DNA from: an uncultured virus (IMG/VR IMGVR_UViG_3300014666_000034)
Lineage: Duplodnaviria; Heunggongvirae; Uroviricota; Caudoviricetes
Virus record (IMG/VR): IMGVR_UViG_3300014666_000034
Span: 1-64,000 of that record
Direction: 5' to 3' (one strand)
DNA: 64,000 nucleotides
Shown: positions 1 to 11,200 of the stretch, in pieces
How positions within the stretch are numbered: position 1 is the first letter of the stretch
Layout: each line of letters starts with the position of its first letter
Notes under the pieces: model-generated
The model's database searches: none
What the model saw: only the letters and a program-made list of their open reading frames with translations
What the model was told of the DNA's origin: nothing
Made by a program: the position numbers and the translations under genes

Positions 1-67
1 AAGAGTACTTTTATGTAGTAAAAAAAGGGGAATAGAAGAGTGTTTAAACTCAACTATTCCCATAATT

Positions 68-187
68 TTATATATGCTCTAAAATTTCTTTTTTCTGAGT
101 TTCGGTGATCCAGCCATTAATTATTGCGTTCGCAAACATGTCGGTAGTCAGCTTTTCTTTTCCACCATCGTATAACCACAACAATAA
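68..187 (-). pseudogene. XkdX-like small tail-associated gene remnant (5' truncated, frameshifted)
   Basis: Minus strand reads LLLWLYDGGKK, then in another frame KLTTDMFANAIINGWITETQKKEILEHI*; the GWIT..Q..EI ending is XkdX-like; lies directly after the tail fibre stop. Confidence 0.5.
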
Positions 188-188
188 T

Positions 189-3100
189 TTACAGTTTTTT
201 AAATTTAATTCCTAAGTCATAAGTCACAAATGAATTAGTATTATATACACCCTCTTGCCAGATTAATATTTTATTACTTTTATCAATCGCAGGCCTGATT
301 GCGCGATTAATACCATTTTTACTCATTGTTTTTATGGTTTCTGACAATCCCCATCCATTTGAGTAAACATATTTTTCTATACGATCATAGCCGTTAGAGT
401 CATTCCTGCTCAAATAAACTGTGTTGGCGGCATCACCATATTCAAATATGATACCACCATAATACATTGATGGATAATAAAAAGCTGTTCCGGTTGCAAC
501 AACTGTAGTTGTAACACCATTTCTGTATACCTTATACACACCATCTTGATAATTAGTAAATGTGGCATATGCTATATGAATAACACTGGGGTCTGTAACT
601 GCAACATCAAATAAGCGATTTAAATATCCGTTTGTAACATCAATTAACACATTGAACTTTGTATAATCAACCCCACCTGTTGATATATTTCCTAGTACCG
701 TAACTCCATCTGAATTGTAAATATCTCCAGTTGTCAAATTTACAAAACCCATTCTCACTCTAGTATCAGGATTTGTAATATTTGGATTTGAATACATTAC
801 AATCCTTAGTAAATTTGGGTTTGTTGTTTCTATGAACCCACAATAGTATTGCCTATCGGCTGTAACCACTGAAAATGGTGTTCCCCAAGAAGTTCCCTCA
901 GTTCCACCTATTCCAGATGATAAATTATTTGAGCAACATCCCCACCAACTATTTACATTCACTCGTGTGAATACCCAATATTTGTGATTTATTGTGTCAT
1001 AAATTGTTTGTGCATAGGTTGTTGTACCTGGAAATATTATTTCATATCTATTACTCCAGTATTCAGCATTCCCGGGTTTTTTACTAAAAAATAATCTCAC
1101 CATATTATCATTATTATGTGATGTCCCATATGACATTAATCGATTATCTGGTGTGACAAATACATTGAATCCATTATGGTCATCCATACCTGGATTGCTT
1201 AATTCTGTCCTTCTTACTTTTGTTATATCATCTATGTCAATTTCTGCGACACCAGCAATACCGGCACTGTCAACATATCCAAAGTACGCACTATTACATC
1301 TGTAATTAAGGGTAACAATCCTAGGAGCAACCCACCATGAATAAGCGCAATTGTCAATGTCATATTTTCGCCTATTTAATACTGCATTCTCATCTGCCCA
1401 ATTAGATACATATCCTTTTAATGAGTTTGCAATCTTGTTATCAACTTCTATCCCCGTTACATGGTCTGTATCATCACTTATCATCTCCATTATTTCTGAC
1501 TTAGTAAGCCAACCAAGATTAAAGTTATAATTTTTGTTCAAGAAATCATCGGATAGTAAAATATCCATCTTGTAGTTTAATGGGTCTGTGTTAGAAGCCC
1601 CGAAGTAAGTACTCGCTTTTAGTAAATATAAAGGTGCAACAACTGATTCAACAATTCCTGCAGTTGTTCTCAAATATTTAGCATTTACAGGAGATAAAAA
1701 TGGTCTTATGGGGCTTGAACTTAAATCTATCATTGATATAAATTTTTTATTTACATCATACCATGCAAATGCCATTCCTCCGACATTATAGCCACTTCCC
1801 CCATAATAATAATTCGTATTTGGTTCGATCTCAACGTAGTTACACGCCTTTCTTAATGTGTCTGGTGTTACTAGCTTAAAAGTACCATCAAATTGTATTT
1901 GTGCGTAATTAGTCCATTGAATATTTTGTATGGCGAATATATTGTTACTTACTACTTTTAACCATGCCATTTTAACTGCATTTATTGCCTTGTCCTTGAT
2001 ATACCCATTTACTACCGAATTGATTTGTCCTCTGACGGCTTCTCCTGCCGTTGGATATATCTCTCCTCTTGATCCTATTCTCGTATCAATTAGCTCTGCG
2101 TCTCCTGTTGTACTACCGGTTGCCAATGCTGTAAAGCTATTTATTCTGGTACGTTCAACTGCCACCTCCTGCTGTCTTTCAAGTTTCTCTGTAGCTATAG
2201 CATCCGTTCTGTTTTTTATTTCATTTTGCAGATCAACTTGTTTTGCAGTTAGTGCCAATTGTGAATTGGCTTCAGACATTGATATATTAAGATTTTTTAC
2301 ATTAGTTGAAATTTCATCTACTAAACTTTGAGAATCTACAATAGACCCTTGATTACCCAACATCCCATTGGAATCTATCGCTTTTATTTGAAATAGAGTC
2401 TTAGGGTCAACATTTCCCGCAAATTGTTCGGCGCGATCAGCAGACGACTTTGCTTCCAAGGAATATAATTTTGACTGATCACTATGGAATTTTGAATTAT
2501 TTGTAGCTTCTCCGTCTCTAGAATTTGTACCACCAATTGCCCAACTTTCGGAAAGTTTTGCGCTGCTTGCTGCTGAATTTTCAACATTTTCCATATAAAC
2601 ATGCAAGGCATCTATAACATCCTGCATATCAGTTTTCATTTCTCCATACTCAGTGGCATATGTTTGCATTTGTCGCTCGTATTCAGCCATAGTGGAATTT
2701 ACTTCTGATATTTTATTTGACACATCGTCCAAACTTACATTTATATCATTTATGAGATCAGGTATTGTTGTTGCCTGTCCGATAAGATGAGATAGTACAT
2801 CAAAGTCTTCGCTTGCAATTATTCCGTCATAATCTATTAATGACTTTTGAATTAATAAATTCTGCTGTCTTGTGGAGATAACAGCAGGACTACCAGGTTC
2901 TTGGATAACAAATTCGTATTTCACCTTACCTACTTTTGAAAGCATTCTGCTTGTCATAATTAAAATAGGGTATCCATTTTCCCATGGCTCATCAAGCCAG
3001 TCATCAACGTATGGGGCTGACTCACCATCGGCCCACATTCGTATTCTAATAGCTTCGTTTCCTTTCAATGAAACCATGTTGCCCTTATCTGTAATCATTA

Positions 3101-3200
3101 TTCTATATTTACGAGATAGATTATCGTACTGCTTAACCTTCTCATATACATAACTCATTTCTTGCGATACATCGGCTCTTATAGCTTTATATGATATCAA
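189..3200 (-). CDS. Tail fibre / receptor-binding protein: BppU-like N-terminus, coiled coil, C-terminal BNR-4-like beta-propeller
   Basis: 1003 aa; last gene of tail operon; DDHNG...GTSHNND motif resembles BNR-4 family; TTGDAELIDTRIG is typical of fibre linkers. Confidence 0.75.
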   Translation of the reverse strand: MISYKAIRADVSQEMSYVYEKVKQYDNLSRKYRIMITDKGNMVSLKGNEAIRIRMWADGESAPYVDDWLDEPWENGYPILIMTSRMLSKVGKVKYEFVIQEPGSPAVISTRQQNLLIQKSLIDYDGIIASEDFDVLSHLIGQATTIPDLINDINVSLDDVSNKISEVNSTMAEYERQMQTYATEYGEMKTDMQDVIDALHVYMENVENSAASSAKLSESWAIGGTNSRDGEATNNSKFHSDQSKLYSLEAKSSADRAEQFAGNVDPKTLFQIKAIDSNGMLGNQGSIVDSQSLVDEISTNVKNLNISMSEANSQLALTAKQVDLQNEIKNRTDAIATEKLERQQEVAVERTRINSFTALATGSTTGDAELIDTRIGSRGEIYPTAGEAVRGQINSVVNGYIKDKAINAVKMAWLKVVSNNIFAIQNIQWTNYAQIQFDGTFKLVTPDTLRKACNYVEIEPNTNYYYGGSGYNVGGMAFAWYDVNKKFISMIDLSSSPIRPFLSPVNAKYLRTTAGIVESVVAPLYLLKASTYFGASNTDPLNYKMDILLSDDFLNKNYNFNLGWLTKSEIMEMISDDTDHVTGIEVDNKIANSLKGYVSNWADENAVLNRRKYDIDNCAYSWWVAPRIVTLNYRCNSAYFGYVDSAGIAGVAEIDIDDITKVRRTELSNPGMDDHNGFNVFVTPDNRLMSYGTSHNNDNMVRLFFSKKPGNAEYWSNRYEIIFPGTTTYAQTIYDTINHKYWVFTRVNVNSWWGCCSNNLSSGIGGTEGTSWGTPFSVVTADRQYYCGFIETTNPNLLRIVMYSNPNITNPDTRVRMGFVNLTTGDIYNSDGVTVLGNISTGGVDYTKFNVLIDVTNGYLNRLFDVAVTDPSVIHIAYATFTNYQDGVYKVYRNGVTTTVVATGTAFYYPSMYYGGIIFEYGDAANTVYLSRNDSNGYDRIEKYVYSNGWGLSETIKTMSKNGINRAIRPAIDKSNKILIWQEGVYNTNSFVTYDLGIKFKKL

Positions 3201-3265
3201 GTTGAAGCCTCCCTTCTATTGTGCTTTTTCAATAAAAAAAGCGCTATTTACGCTCTGATTGATTT

Positions 3266-3673
3266 TCATTTTATTTTAATTAATTTATCTAAGGCCAAAA
3301 GATACCCTGGCTCCAACATAAACGATGGGTTATTATCAACAAACTTGTCATAATCAAGTAGATATGGATCAATTTCAACCTCTAATTCGCCAAGTTTTGA
3401 AATCGATTCATCATATCTCTCGTGATCTTCGTCACTCTTATAATTTGGAAGCACTTTGCCGTCTTCTAAGATCTTGGCATATTTACCTTCGATATCTTTG
3501 TAAAGATATTCTTTCATAAGTTTGTTTTGTTCTGTCTCGTAGTAAGTGCAGTGTTCTTTAATAATTCTAACATTTCTAAATATCCAATAGCTCATTTCTT
3601 GTGGCACTTTAATTCCGGATAGGCCACCAATGGCCCTATCCATATTTACGACTTCGTATAAATGTAATTTCAT
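3266..3673 (-). CDS. Phage tail-region hypothetical protein
   Basis: 135 aa ORF with AGGAG RBS, upstream of the fibre gene. Confidence 0.7.
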   Translation of the reverse strand: MKLHLYEVVNMDRAIGGLSGIKVPQEMSYWIFRNVRIIKEHCTYYETEQNKLMKEYLYKDIEGKYAKILEDGKVLPNYKSDEDHERYDESISKLGELEVEIDPYLLDYDKFVDNNPSFMLEPGYLLALDKLIKIK

Positions 3674-3696
3674 ATATTCTCCTTATTTTAGGCAAC

Positions 3697-3731
3697 AAAA
3701 AAGAGTAGGAATAATCTCCTACTCTTTTTTT
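3697..3731. terminator. Bidirectional intrinsic terminator-like hairpin
   Basis: AAAAAAGAGTAGGA-ataatc-TCCTACTCTTTTTT. Confidence 0.7.
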
Positions 3732-3736
3732 TAATG

Positions 3737-4492
3737 TTAGGGTCTTGCAAAATCGGCACTACAGTCAATTAATTGAATATACTGTCCGTCTTTTACCGTC
3801 ACGGTTTTATTTGCTATACGACTAACAAATAAGTCTTGTTCTATATTATGCTGCGGAGCAAATTCATCTTTGCTGGATGGAATTGATGCAAAAACTGTAC
3901 ATGTAGCCCTATTGTCATTAGGATTTAGACGAGTCAAACTGTATGTTCCAGCTTTAATATCCTTTCCAACCCAAAACACTCCTTCTTTAGTAATATCTAA
4001 TTCTCCTGATTCGCTAACTGGAATATATGTCCCTGAGTTTATAACATCATCTTCGTATAGTTTTATATAATTAAAATTACTCATGGGGCTATAAGATCCT
4101 TTAACTATCACATTTTCACTTATCGAACTGGGATAATAGACATATTCGCCTTCCGGTATATTTCCCTTTTTTACCCAATTACCCGAAGTCTCAAAAGTAT
4201 ATTTTGCTTCAGTGTTTTTAGTTTCATTTATAATAGTATTAGATTGCGTCCACTCTCCATTTTTGTTAACTTGATACCCATCCGGAGTAATAGTATCGCT
4301 TAACATATAACCATCTCCATTAAAATAATACCATTTCCCATTAATTTCTCCCCATGAGTTAGTCATATATGAACCGTCTTCGTTTTGATATTTCCATCCA
4401 AGATCATTAAACCTCCATTCTCCAGCAATAGCATTTATACAGAACGCAGTCGATAACATTACTGACATTATTATTATCTTTACTTTTTTCAC
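3737..4492 (-). CDS. Secreted protein with cell-wall (choline-binding-type) repeats; moron
   Basis: GTG start after AGGAG; signal peptide ending INAIA; WKYQNEDGSYMTNSWGEINGKWYYFNGDGYML repeats; own promoter and terminator. Confidence 0.8.
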   Translation of the reverse strand: MKKVKIIIMSVMLSTAFCINAIAGEWRFNDLGWKYQNEDGSYMTNSWGEINGKWYYFNGDGYMLSDTITPDGYQVNKNGEWTQSNTIINETKNTEAKYTFETSGNWVKKGNIPEGEYVYYPSSISENVIVKGSYSPMSNFNYIKLYEDDVINSGTYIPVSESGELDITKEGVFWVGKDIKAGTYSLTRLNPNDNRATCTVFASIPSSKDEFAPQHNIEQDLFVSRIANKTVTVKDGQYIQLIDCSADFARP

Positions 4493-4535
4493 AACTTCTC
4501 TCCTTTTGACAAATTGTATTATAATATTCGTTTTA

Positions 4536-4564
4536 ATTATAATACTATTCTCAAAATTAGTCAA
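4536..4564 (-). promoter_or_regulatory. sigma-A promoter of the moron gene
   Basis: TTGACT-17 nt-TATAAT on the minus strand. Confidence 0.7.
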
Positions 4565-4573
4565 TTATCATAA

Positions 4574-7354
4574 TTACTCTAAATTTGAAATTTGATCTTC
4601 TAAAACAGATAGTCTATCATCGAGCCACTTCACAGTTTTGGTTAAAGTCCATGTATCATTTCCCCACCATGAATCCCCAGTTATTCTAATTTCATTTGCG
4701 TAAACGATAGATCCACTAACTGCAAAAACATAATTAGTTATTGTACTTGCACCATTACCATTATAACCACCCCAAAGAGCAAAACGATTAGAAGCTGCTT
4801 GTGCAGACATTCCAGAATATTCATCAATTGACATAAACAACGCGCGATCTGTATATGTCGTGTAAAAATCTCCAAGGTATACCTCATTATCTGCAGCGTA
4901 AAAGAATCTATTATTAATATTGATGCTTCCGCCTACAAAACTAGAACCCCTAATTATGCCTGTTATGTCAGCGTTTGTTGCATACAACTTTCCATTATTT
5001 AACACTCGGTATGGAGCTATAGATTGATTTGCATTTCCGGCCCAAAACGAAATGGCATTATTCGCAGTAGAAGAACTCATTCCAACTCCACCAGAATATA
5101 GATATCCAGATGTTATACTCCATCCACCAATAAAGCCTTCATCAATTTCAGCTCGACCTTTAAATATAAGCTTGTCTTTTACGGCATCAATATATAGCAG
5201 GCTCGTACCACCTTTGGATATATTAAATATCTGACTAGGATTATCCGGATTAATTTGCACCTTGAAACCATTTGTTGCAGAAGCAATAAAACCATTTTCA
5301 TCAAGAGTGAGAGTGTTATTCTTATTCTGTATTTTAAGAGCTTCCCCTATAAATAATCCACCATAGATTACATCTGCAGAAATGCCGTAGTATGATGTTG
5401 TTTTGCCATTATTTGTTACATATACTTTACCTATAGCAAGTTTTGGGTCACGAAGATTAGTTCCATCTGGTTCCTCAAATAATAATATCTGTCTATTGGT
5501 AATCCAAAGTTTTTCAGGAGCATATTTATTTAAGTCAGGTAGCCATTTTTTCAATAAAATACCGGTGCTATCAATAAGCACTTCCTGATTCTTTCCGTTG
5601 CTTTCAATCTGCTGATTACTTAAGTCAAGGAATTCTTTCTGAGTGCTATAAAAGGCTTCATTTGCTTGTTTCGACGCTTGATTCCAACCAGAGGTGTTGT
5701 AACTAAGAGAAGCACTTGTCTTATCTACAAGTTTCTGCATGGCGACGAAATCAAACCAACCGCCTGTTATGCTTGACTTTGAGCTGAATGTAAGCTTGAA
5801 TTTACTAAAATCTTCCCAATCAATTTCCATTTTAAGAAGTCTAGCTTTTATAAATTCTTCATCAGAATATTTTATTGCAAGAATGTCTCCTAGATCAAGT
5901 TGCTCTGTCCATACTTTATATTTAAACAGTACTGGAAAGTTTATAGAATTAACTTCCATATCAAATTGAGGGTAGCATACCTTATTCAGTTCATCAATGC
6001 CATGTTTATACAAATCCTGTTTCATTTCCAATATATCAGATTCAGTCATAATTGGAGTGGCGATATAGGAGTTGTCGCATAAATTATCTTCTCTGACAAA
6101 TGGTTGTAATTCCCGATACAATTCTTCGCCAAGTACATCATCAATTCTAACTACATAAGAAAGCACTTCGGTTTGCTTTGCTTTGATCTGATTTTCTTTA
6201 GCTGTTATCTGTGACTGTCTGACTGCGATTTCATTATTAACAGCATTCCAAAGAGTGTTGTAATTATTGTATTGTGTCTGTGCCACCGGATCTGCATTTT
6301 TTATATCAGTCAACACAGACATTTGTTCCTTGTATGTATTTGCCTTTGCTTTTAATCCAACAAGACCATATTGCTTCCAATCTGTACTTGACTCATCAGA
6401 TGGCATTTTATTATATAAACTATCCAATCCATCTTGTAAAGTCTTTAACTGTGATAGAGCAATGGTAATTAAACCTTTATTATTATCCATTAGCCGATAA
6501 TATTCTTCCAGCTTTTCTTTTAAAGCCTTACTCATATCATTATAGAAATAGCTGAAATTACTTACATAATTATTACCAGCAGGATTTACAGAAGCAATAG
6601 ACAGAGCAGTACCGCTTGCATCATTGCCACCAGTAACATTTAAAACAGTTTTAATATCATTTTCATTCCAAGTAATATTTAGTTCCTTAATGAGATTCAT
6701 GAACGATAGGGCGATAGGAACTTCTTTCCCAATGTTTTCAGCTTTATATGCACTTACACTTCGGTCATTACTGTCGAACACAAAGATACATTCAAACGTA
6801 TCTGATACATCGCCAGTAAGAAAGTCATATGACGTGACACTATCGTTGTCAAAGCTACGACGATTCTTTGATATCTCCGGGTCAATAAACTTGAATTTCC
6901 AACCAGGATTTTTGTCCATAAAAATGTGAGCAATGCTATGTGTAACATCGTTGGCATCATATAAGGAGTATCGATCAAGCCCGCCTTGTTCATCATCTTC
7001 GGTTCCCATAGAACCAAATGATGTAAGATATGTTTGTTTTAGCTCGTAAGTCAAATCATAACAAGTTATTTCGAGATAAGGGTTAGACCCACTGTCTTTG
7101 CGACTAATATCTGTAATCCTATACCATCCGATATCCTCTAGCCATATGTATTTACCAACAGAGATCTCGTCAAATCCATAATTCTCAATTTTTTCATGAT
7201 ATTTATAAATGGAGAATTTAAACTGCGAGACACCCACTATATATAATACGGAACCTTTACTCTTGGCATTAAGCTGACATATTAACTTTTTATTTGGATA
7301 TGCCAAGAAGACTCTTGGAATTACAGGTTTTCTGTAAGCATCAAATTTAACCAT
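4574..7354 (-). CDS. Baseplate hub / Tal-like (prophage tail endopeptidase family) protein
   Basis: 926 aa, follows Dit; LDLGDILAIK and C-terminal GFIGGWSIT beta-rich segments typical of siphophage Tal. Confidence 0.75.
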   Translation of the reverse strand: MVKFDAYRKPVIPRVFLAYPNKKLICQLNAKSKGSVLYIVGVSQFKFSIYKYHEKIENYGFDEISVGKYIWLEDIGWYRITDISRKDSGSNPYLEITCYDLTYELKQTYLTSFGSMGTEDDEQGGLDRYSLYDANDVTHSIAHIFMDKNPGWKFKFIDPEISKNRRSFDNDSVTSYDFLTGDVSDTFECIFVFDSNDRSVSAYKAENIGKEVPIALSFMNLIKELNITWNENDIKTVLNVTGGNDASGTALSIASVNPAGNNYVSNFSYFYNDMSKALKEKLEEYYRLMDNNKGLITIALSQLKTLQDGLDSLYNKMPSDESSTDWKQYGLVGLKAKANTYKEQMSVLTDIKNADPVAQTQYNNYNTLWNAVNNEIAVRQSQITAKENQIKAKQTEVLSYVVRIDDVLGEELYRELQPFVREDNLCDNSYIATPIMTESDILEMKQDLYKHGIDELNKVCYPQFDMEVNSINFPVLFKYKVWTEQLDLGDILAIKYSDEEFIKARLLKMEIDWEDFSKFKLTFSSKSSITGGWFDFVAMQKLVDKTSASLSYNTSGWNQASKQANEAFYSTQKEFLDLSNQQIESNGKNQEVLIDSTGILLKKWLPDLNKYAPEKLWITNRQILLFEEPDGTNLRDPKLAIGKVYVTNNGKTTSYYGISADVIYGGLFIGEALKIQNKNNTLTLDENGFIASATNGFKVQINPDNPSQIFNISKGGTSLLYIDAVKDKLIFKGRAEIDEGFIGGWSITSGYLYSGGVGMSSSTANNAISFWAGNANQSIAPYRVLNNGKLYATNADITGIIRGSSFVGGSININNRFFYAADNEVYLGDFYTTYTDRALFMSIDEYSGMSAQAASNRFALWGGYNGNGASTITNYVFAVSGSIVYANEIRITGDSWWGNDTWTLTKTVKWLDDRLSVLEDQISNLE

Positions 7355-8142
7355 TAAAATGCCACCAACTTTCGATATTCTCTATATTTAATCACTCCTT
7401 CGCAAGCAAGATTAAAAGTAAGTACATTGCTACCTTCATAAAATCTAAGCCACTTTAAATTAGAATCATTCAATACATCGTGACCTGTGATGGAAGACGA
7501 GATTATACCGTCTGTAGTTAATACGATTTTTTCACCAATGCTTACATTCTTTATTTTCATAACATACTCTGAATCGATTTCTTGACTGTTGCTTATTTCA
7601 AGATTGCCGGATTTTAACATAGTAATTTCTATATATGGAAATATATGAATCTCCTCGTCGTTGACTATATATAGGTCATCAATTATTTTATTGTTGTCAG
7701 TGAGAGAGAAGTAGTATTCATGTTCCTCCGAAAAGGCTAAAGCAGAAGAGGTAGTTACAGTAAATTGCATGCCCACTGTATCATTTACTGCCCATACTTG
7801 CGGATGATTGATATTGCAATGCAACCATATATCAGAATAGTATTCGTCTTGAATGAATAGCCAGTTATATTCACCACGCTTACATAGCCATTTAGATATT
7901 GCACGTTGCTGCTCCTGACTTATAGGAGACCCATCTGAATTAATGATTTGAAATATAAATTCCATTGGCTTATCATAATTCTGCGATATGATTTCCCATT
8001 CTAAAGATTGTGCAGATTTATCGGTTATTAATTCTGTAGACTGACCACTGTATAACCCTTGATATTTATTATTTTCGAAATATACTGCTATCACACCAAA
8101 TTCATCGCTGCTGTTTTCGCCGAATGTAAATAGACTATGCAA
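7354..8142 (-). CDS. Distal tail protein (Dit-like)
   Basis: Directly downstream of TMP; TTG start after GGAGG; FTFGENSSDEFG...WLRFYEGSNVLTF pattern. Confidence 0.75.
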   Translation of the reverse strand: MHSLFTFGENSSDEFGVIAVYFENNKYQGLYSGQSTELITDKSAQSLEWEIISQNYDKPMEFIFQIINSDGSPISQEQQRAISKWLCKRGEYNWLFIQDEYYSDIWLHCNINHPQVWAVNDTVGMQFTVTTSSALAFSEEHEYYFSLTDNNKIIDDLYIVNDEEIHIFPYIEITMLKSGNLEISNSQEIDSEYVMKIKNVSIGEKIVLTTDGIISSSITGHDVLNDSNLKWLRFYEGSNVLTFNLACEGVIKYREYRKLVAF

Positions 8143-8206
8143 TTTAAAACCTCCTTCCAATTTGATTTTTTTTATATAAGAAGCCACAGTAAAAACTTTG
8201 TGTTCA

Positions 8207-8243
8207 ATTTAATAAAGAGAGCATCAGTTAAGATGCTCTCTAC
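8207..8243 (-). terminator. Terminator-like hairpin after TMP
   Basis: AGAGAGCATC-agttaa-GATGCTCTCT with an A-rich flank on the + strand. Confidence 0.6.
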
Positions 8244-8245
8244 AT

Positions 8246-11200
8246 TTAATGTTGTTTTGACATTTCCATCATTTTCTGAGGTATTTCCTTGTTAATGAAA
8301 GTATCTAGTCTTTCATTCATTTGAGTTAATACTTCTTTATCTGCGTTACCCTGTACTACAAGTAGTGGGCTATCGATATTCATAGAAACGTTGTTTCGAT
8401 TAGCCATAGCCATTGCCCTATAATCATACTTCGGCATATTAGCCAACACAAACTTACTTGGATCAATAGCAAAATCCCATAGCTTATCAGTCATATTCTT
8501 TGTAAAGATGGTATCGCCACCTACTGAATTGAGAACAGTACCATTTTTAGCAACAATCAATTCTGGCCCATCTTCGTTAACATATTTTAATCCTGGCTTA
8601 GAATTAGTAGTGCCACTTTTATATCCAACAGTGATATTTCTCTTTTTCACATCATCATAGGATATTGTTTTTCCGTCCCATACACCACTGTCATCAATAT
8701 AATAATACCCGTTGCCGTCTTTCGCTTTGATAGCCATGTCTGTAGCCATAGTACCATCAGATTTCAGATAGTAGTCTTTACCATCTTTAGACTTTCTCCA
8801 TGCAGATTTAACCATCTGACCATTCTCAGGCTCAAAATACCGCCAATCACCATTGCTATCGTCCCAACCAGTTTTCATATAGCCATCTTCGTTGAAGCTA
8901 TACTGCTTACCTCCAATGGTGTAGATTCCATCAGAAGCGTAATCATCATTAGAAGCTCCGTACCACCAGCCCCTAGAGTTCTTTTGCCACGTTCCGGAAC
9001 CGGTAATATCCTCAAATGAAGCCGAATTATTTCCATCTGCGGAGAATCCTTGTATTGTACTCACTAATTCTGTAAGCTTTGACAAATCAATATTAGCAAT
9101 GTCAATATTAATCTGTGAGATAGCTTCTGACACAGCGTCTTTAAATGTAGACACGGCGCTATTAGCTGACTCCCATGGAGAAGTTAGTTCGCTAGTCATG
9201 GTAACATTATAATCGGTTCCATACTTAGTCAGGGTATTGTAGACTGTTTTGTAGTTATCTTTTACCTGTCCGAGATATTCTTCTATTACCTTCTTCTGTG
9301 CATCAGTATTTGACTTAAGTTCATCAAGCTCTTTTTTCTTTGCGTCCTGATAGTCCTCTTCCTGCTTATCTAGGCTTTCAATAGTTTTATCATAAGCATA
9401 GTCAGCTTGTGTCTTAGCCAAATCTTTCTTTGCATCTGATAGCTGCTGTTCTAACTGTAATCTCTGTGCAATATCTTTCCTATCGGTAGACAGTGACAGT
9501 TCATCAATCTTTGCCTGTAAATTATTAATGTCAGTCTGTTTCTCGCTAATACTTTCAAGATAATCCTGATAGTCCTTTTCAGTCTGCAATGCTTTCTTCT
9601 TGGCAGCAATTAAATTATTCATATCATCTATCTGTGCCTGGATTGCATTATATCTAAACTGCAAGATAGCTTGTTCGGCTTCTTTCGTAGCTTTTACTGC
9701 TGATAATTGAGCGTTGGTATATTCATTGAGTTTTTCGTTATACTCGGCCTGTGTGAGAGAACCATTTTCATACATCTCATTAATAGCATTAATGGCTTCT
9801 TCGTAATCGGCCGCTTGTTGTTTAGCATTAGCATACTGTTGTCCTAATAGTGCAATTTTAGCAAGACCCTTAGATGTAAGCATTCCTCCGTCTAAAAGTC
9901 CATCGTCGCCAATTAGATCAGACATGGTGTTGATTCCATTGTTAATTCTATCGAGTGCACTAGAAATCCTCTCTAGCTCCTCAAATGGCAAGTTGATTAG
10001 TGCTTTTCTGAAATCGTTCATTGAAGAAACAGCATCATTCATAGAGGAATTTACAGCAATTAATTCCTCGTTGTATTTACGCCATTCATTTGAACCCACC
10101 TCAATTGTTCCTTTACTTACCGCTTTAGATAATTCATTGGATAGCGAATTATACTTACTATGCAACTGCTTATAAATTGCTTCCTGTTGATTAATTAACC
10201 GTTCATAATCTGTATTGGTAATAGATTCGCCCAATTCCTTTTGTAGATTTAAAAGATTATTACTATATGAAGCGTACTTATCCATTAACGAAACAAGACT
10301 ATCAAAATCATTGATAATATTTTCAAGTTTGGTCTGAGCAAGTTCTTTCAAAGTCTTTTTTGTTTCATCTATCTTCTTGCGAACATCTTCAGCTTTGTTA
10401 TACCATTCTTGATAACCTTTGATATTGTTTGCAATTACTTCATCAGTAACAGTTTCAATTTCAAGAGTGCCATTTTTGATTTTGTCTATGTAAGTGGGAG
10501 AGAGGTTGTAAGAATCTGCCTTCTTCTGGTATGTATCTAACTGAGACTGTAAGGCAGTTATTTTATTTGCCATTTCATCAATAGCTGTATCTGTAAGAGT
10601 GTTTTTAGGCTTCCAGTTTGATGTATCAGAAATTTTACTCTGGATGTCTTGGATCTTTTCGTCTACTCGTTTAATTGTAGTTTCTACCCAGTCAAATACT
10701 TCTGAGAAATCTTTTTTATCCTTTTTAGAGCCAGATGGTTTATTTGTTTTTGTACCAACTGTATACGATGCATTAACATTTGCTCCCTTGCCTTTATATT
10801 CGGAAGCAGATTTTATTGCGTCTTCGGCTTCCTTTTCTGCATTTCTTACAAGAGCTTCATAACCTTCTTTTCCGCCTATGTTGCCGCCAACACTACCTCC
10901 GACCTTTAAAGTATTTAAAGCTTTGAGTGCCGTATTAGCAGTTCCAATTACTCCAACAAGAGAGATAATATTCTCAATGTCACCACTAGTATCCAGTGCA
11001 TTTCCATTGAAAAATTCCTTCTCTAATACCAGTCCGGCCAGTGCAACTTTGGCTATGTCACTTTGAGTTGCTTCATCAATAATTCCTGGTATCTCACTAG
11101 CCGTAGCATTGGCAAGATCATTACTTACTTCTGCCGTATAAGCTTTTTCAGCGGCCAAATGCTCCTGTGCAATCGCTAATCGTGACATTACAACTTCTTC

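Noticed and set aside
189..3200. Diversity-generating retroelement or invertible fibre cassette
   Set aside because: No reverse transcriptase, template/variable repeat pair or adjacent invertase seen in this window.
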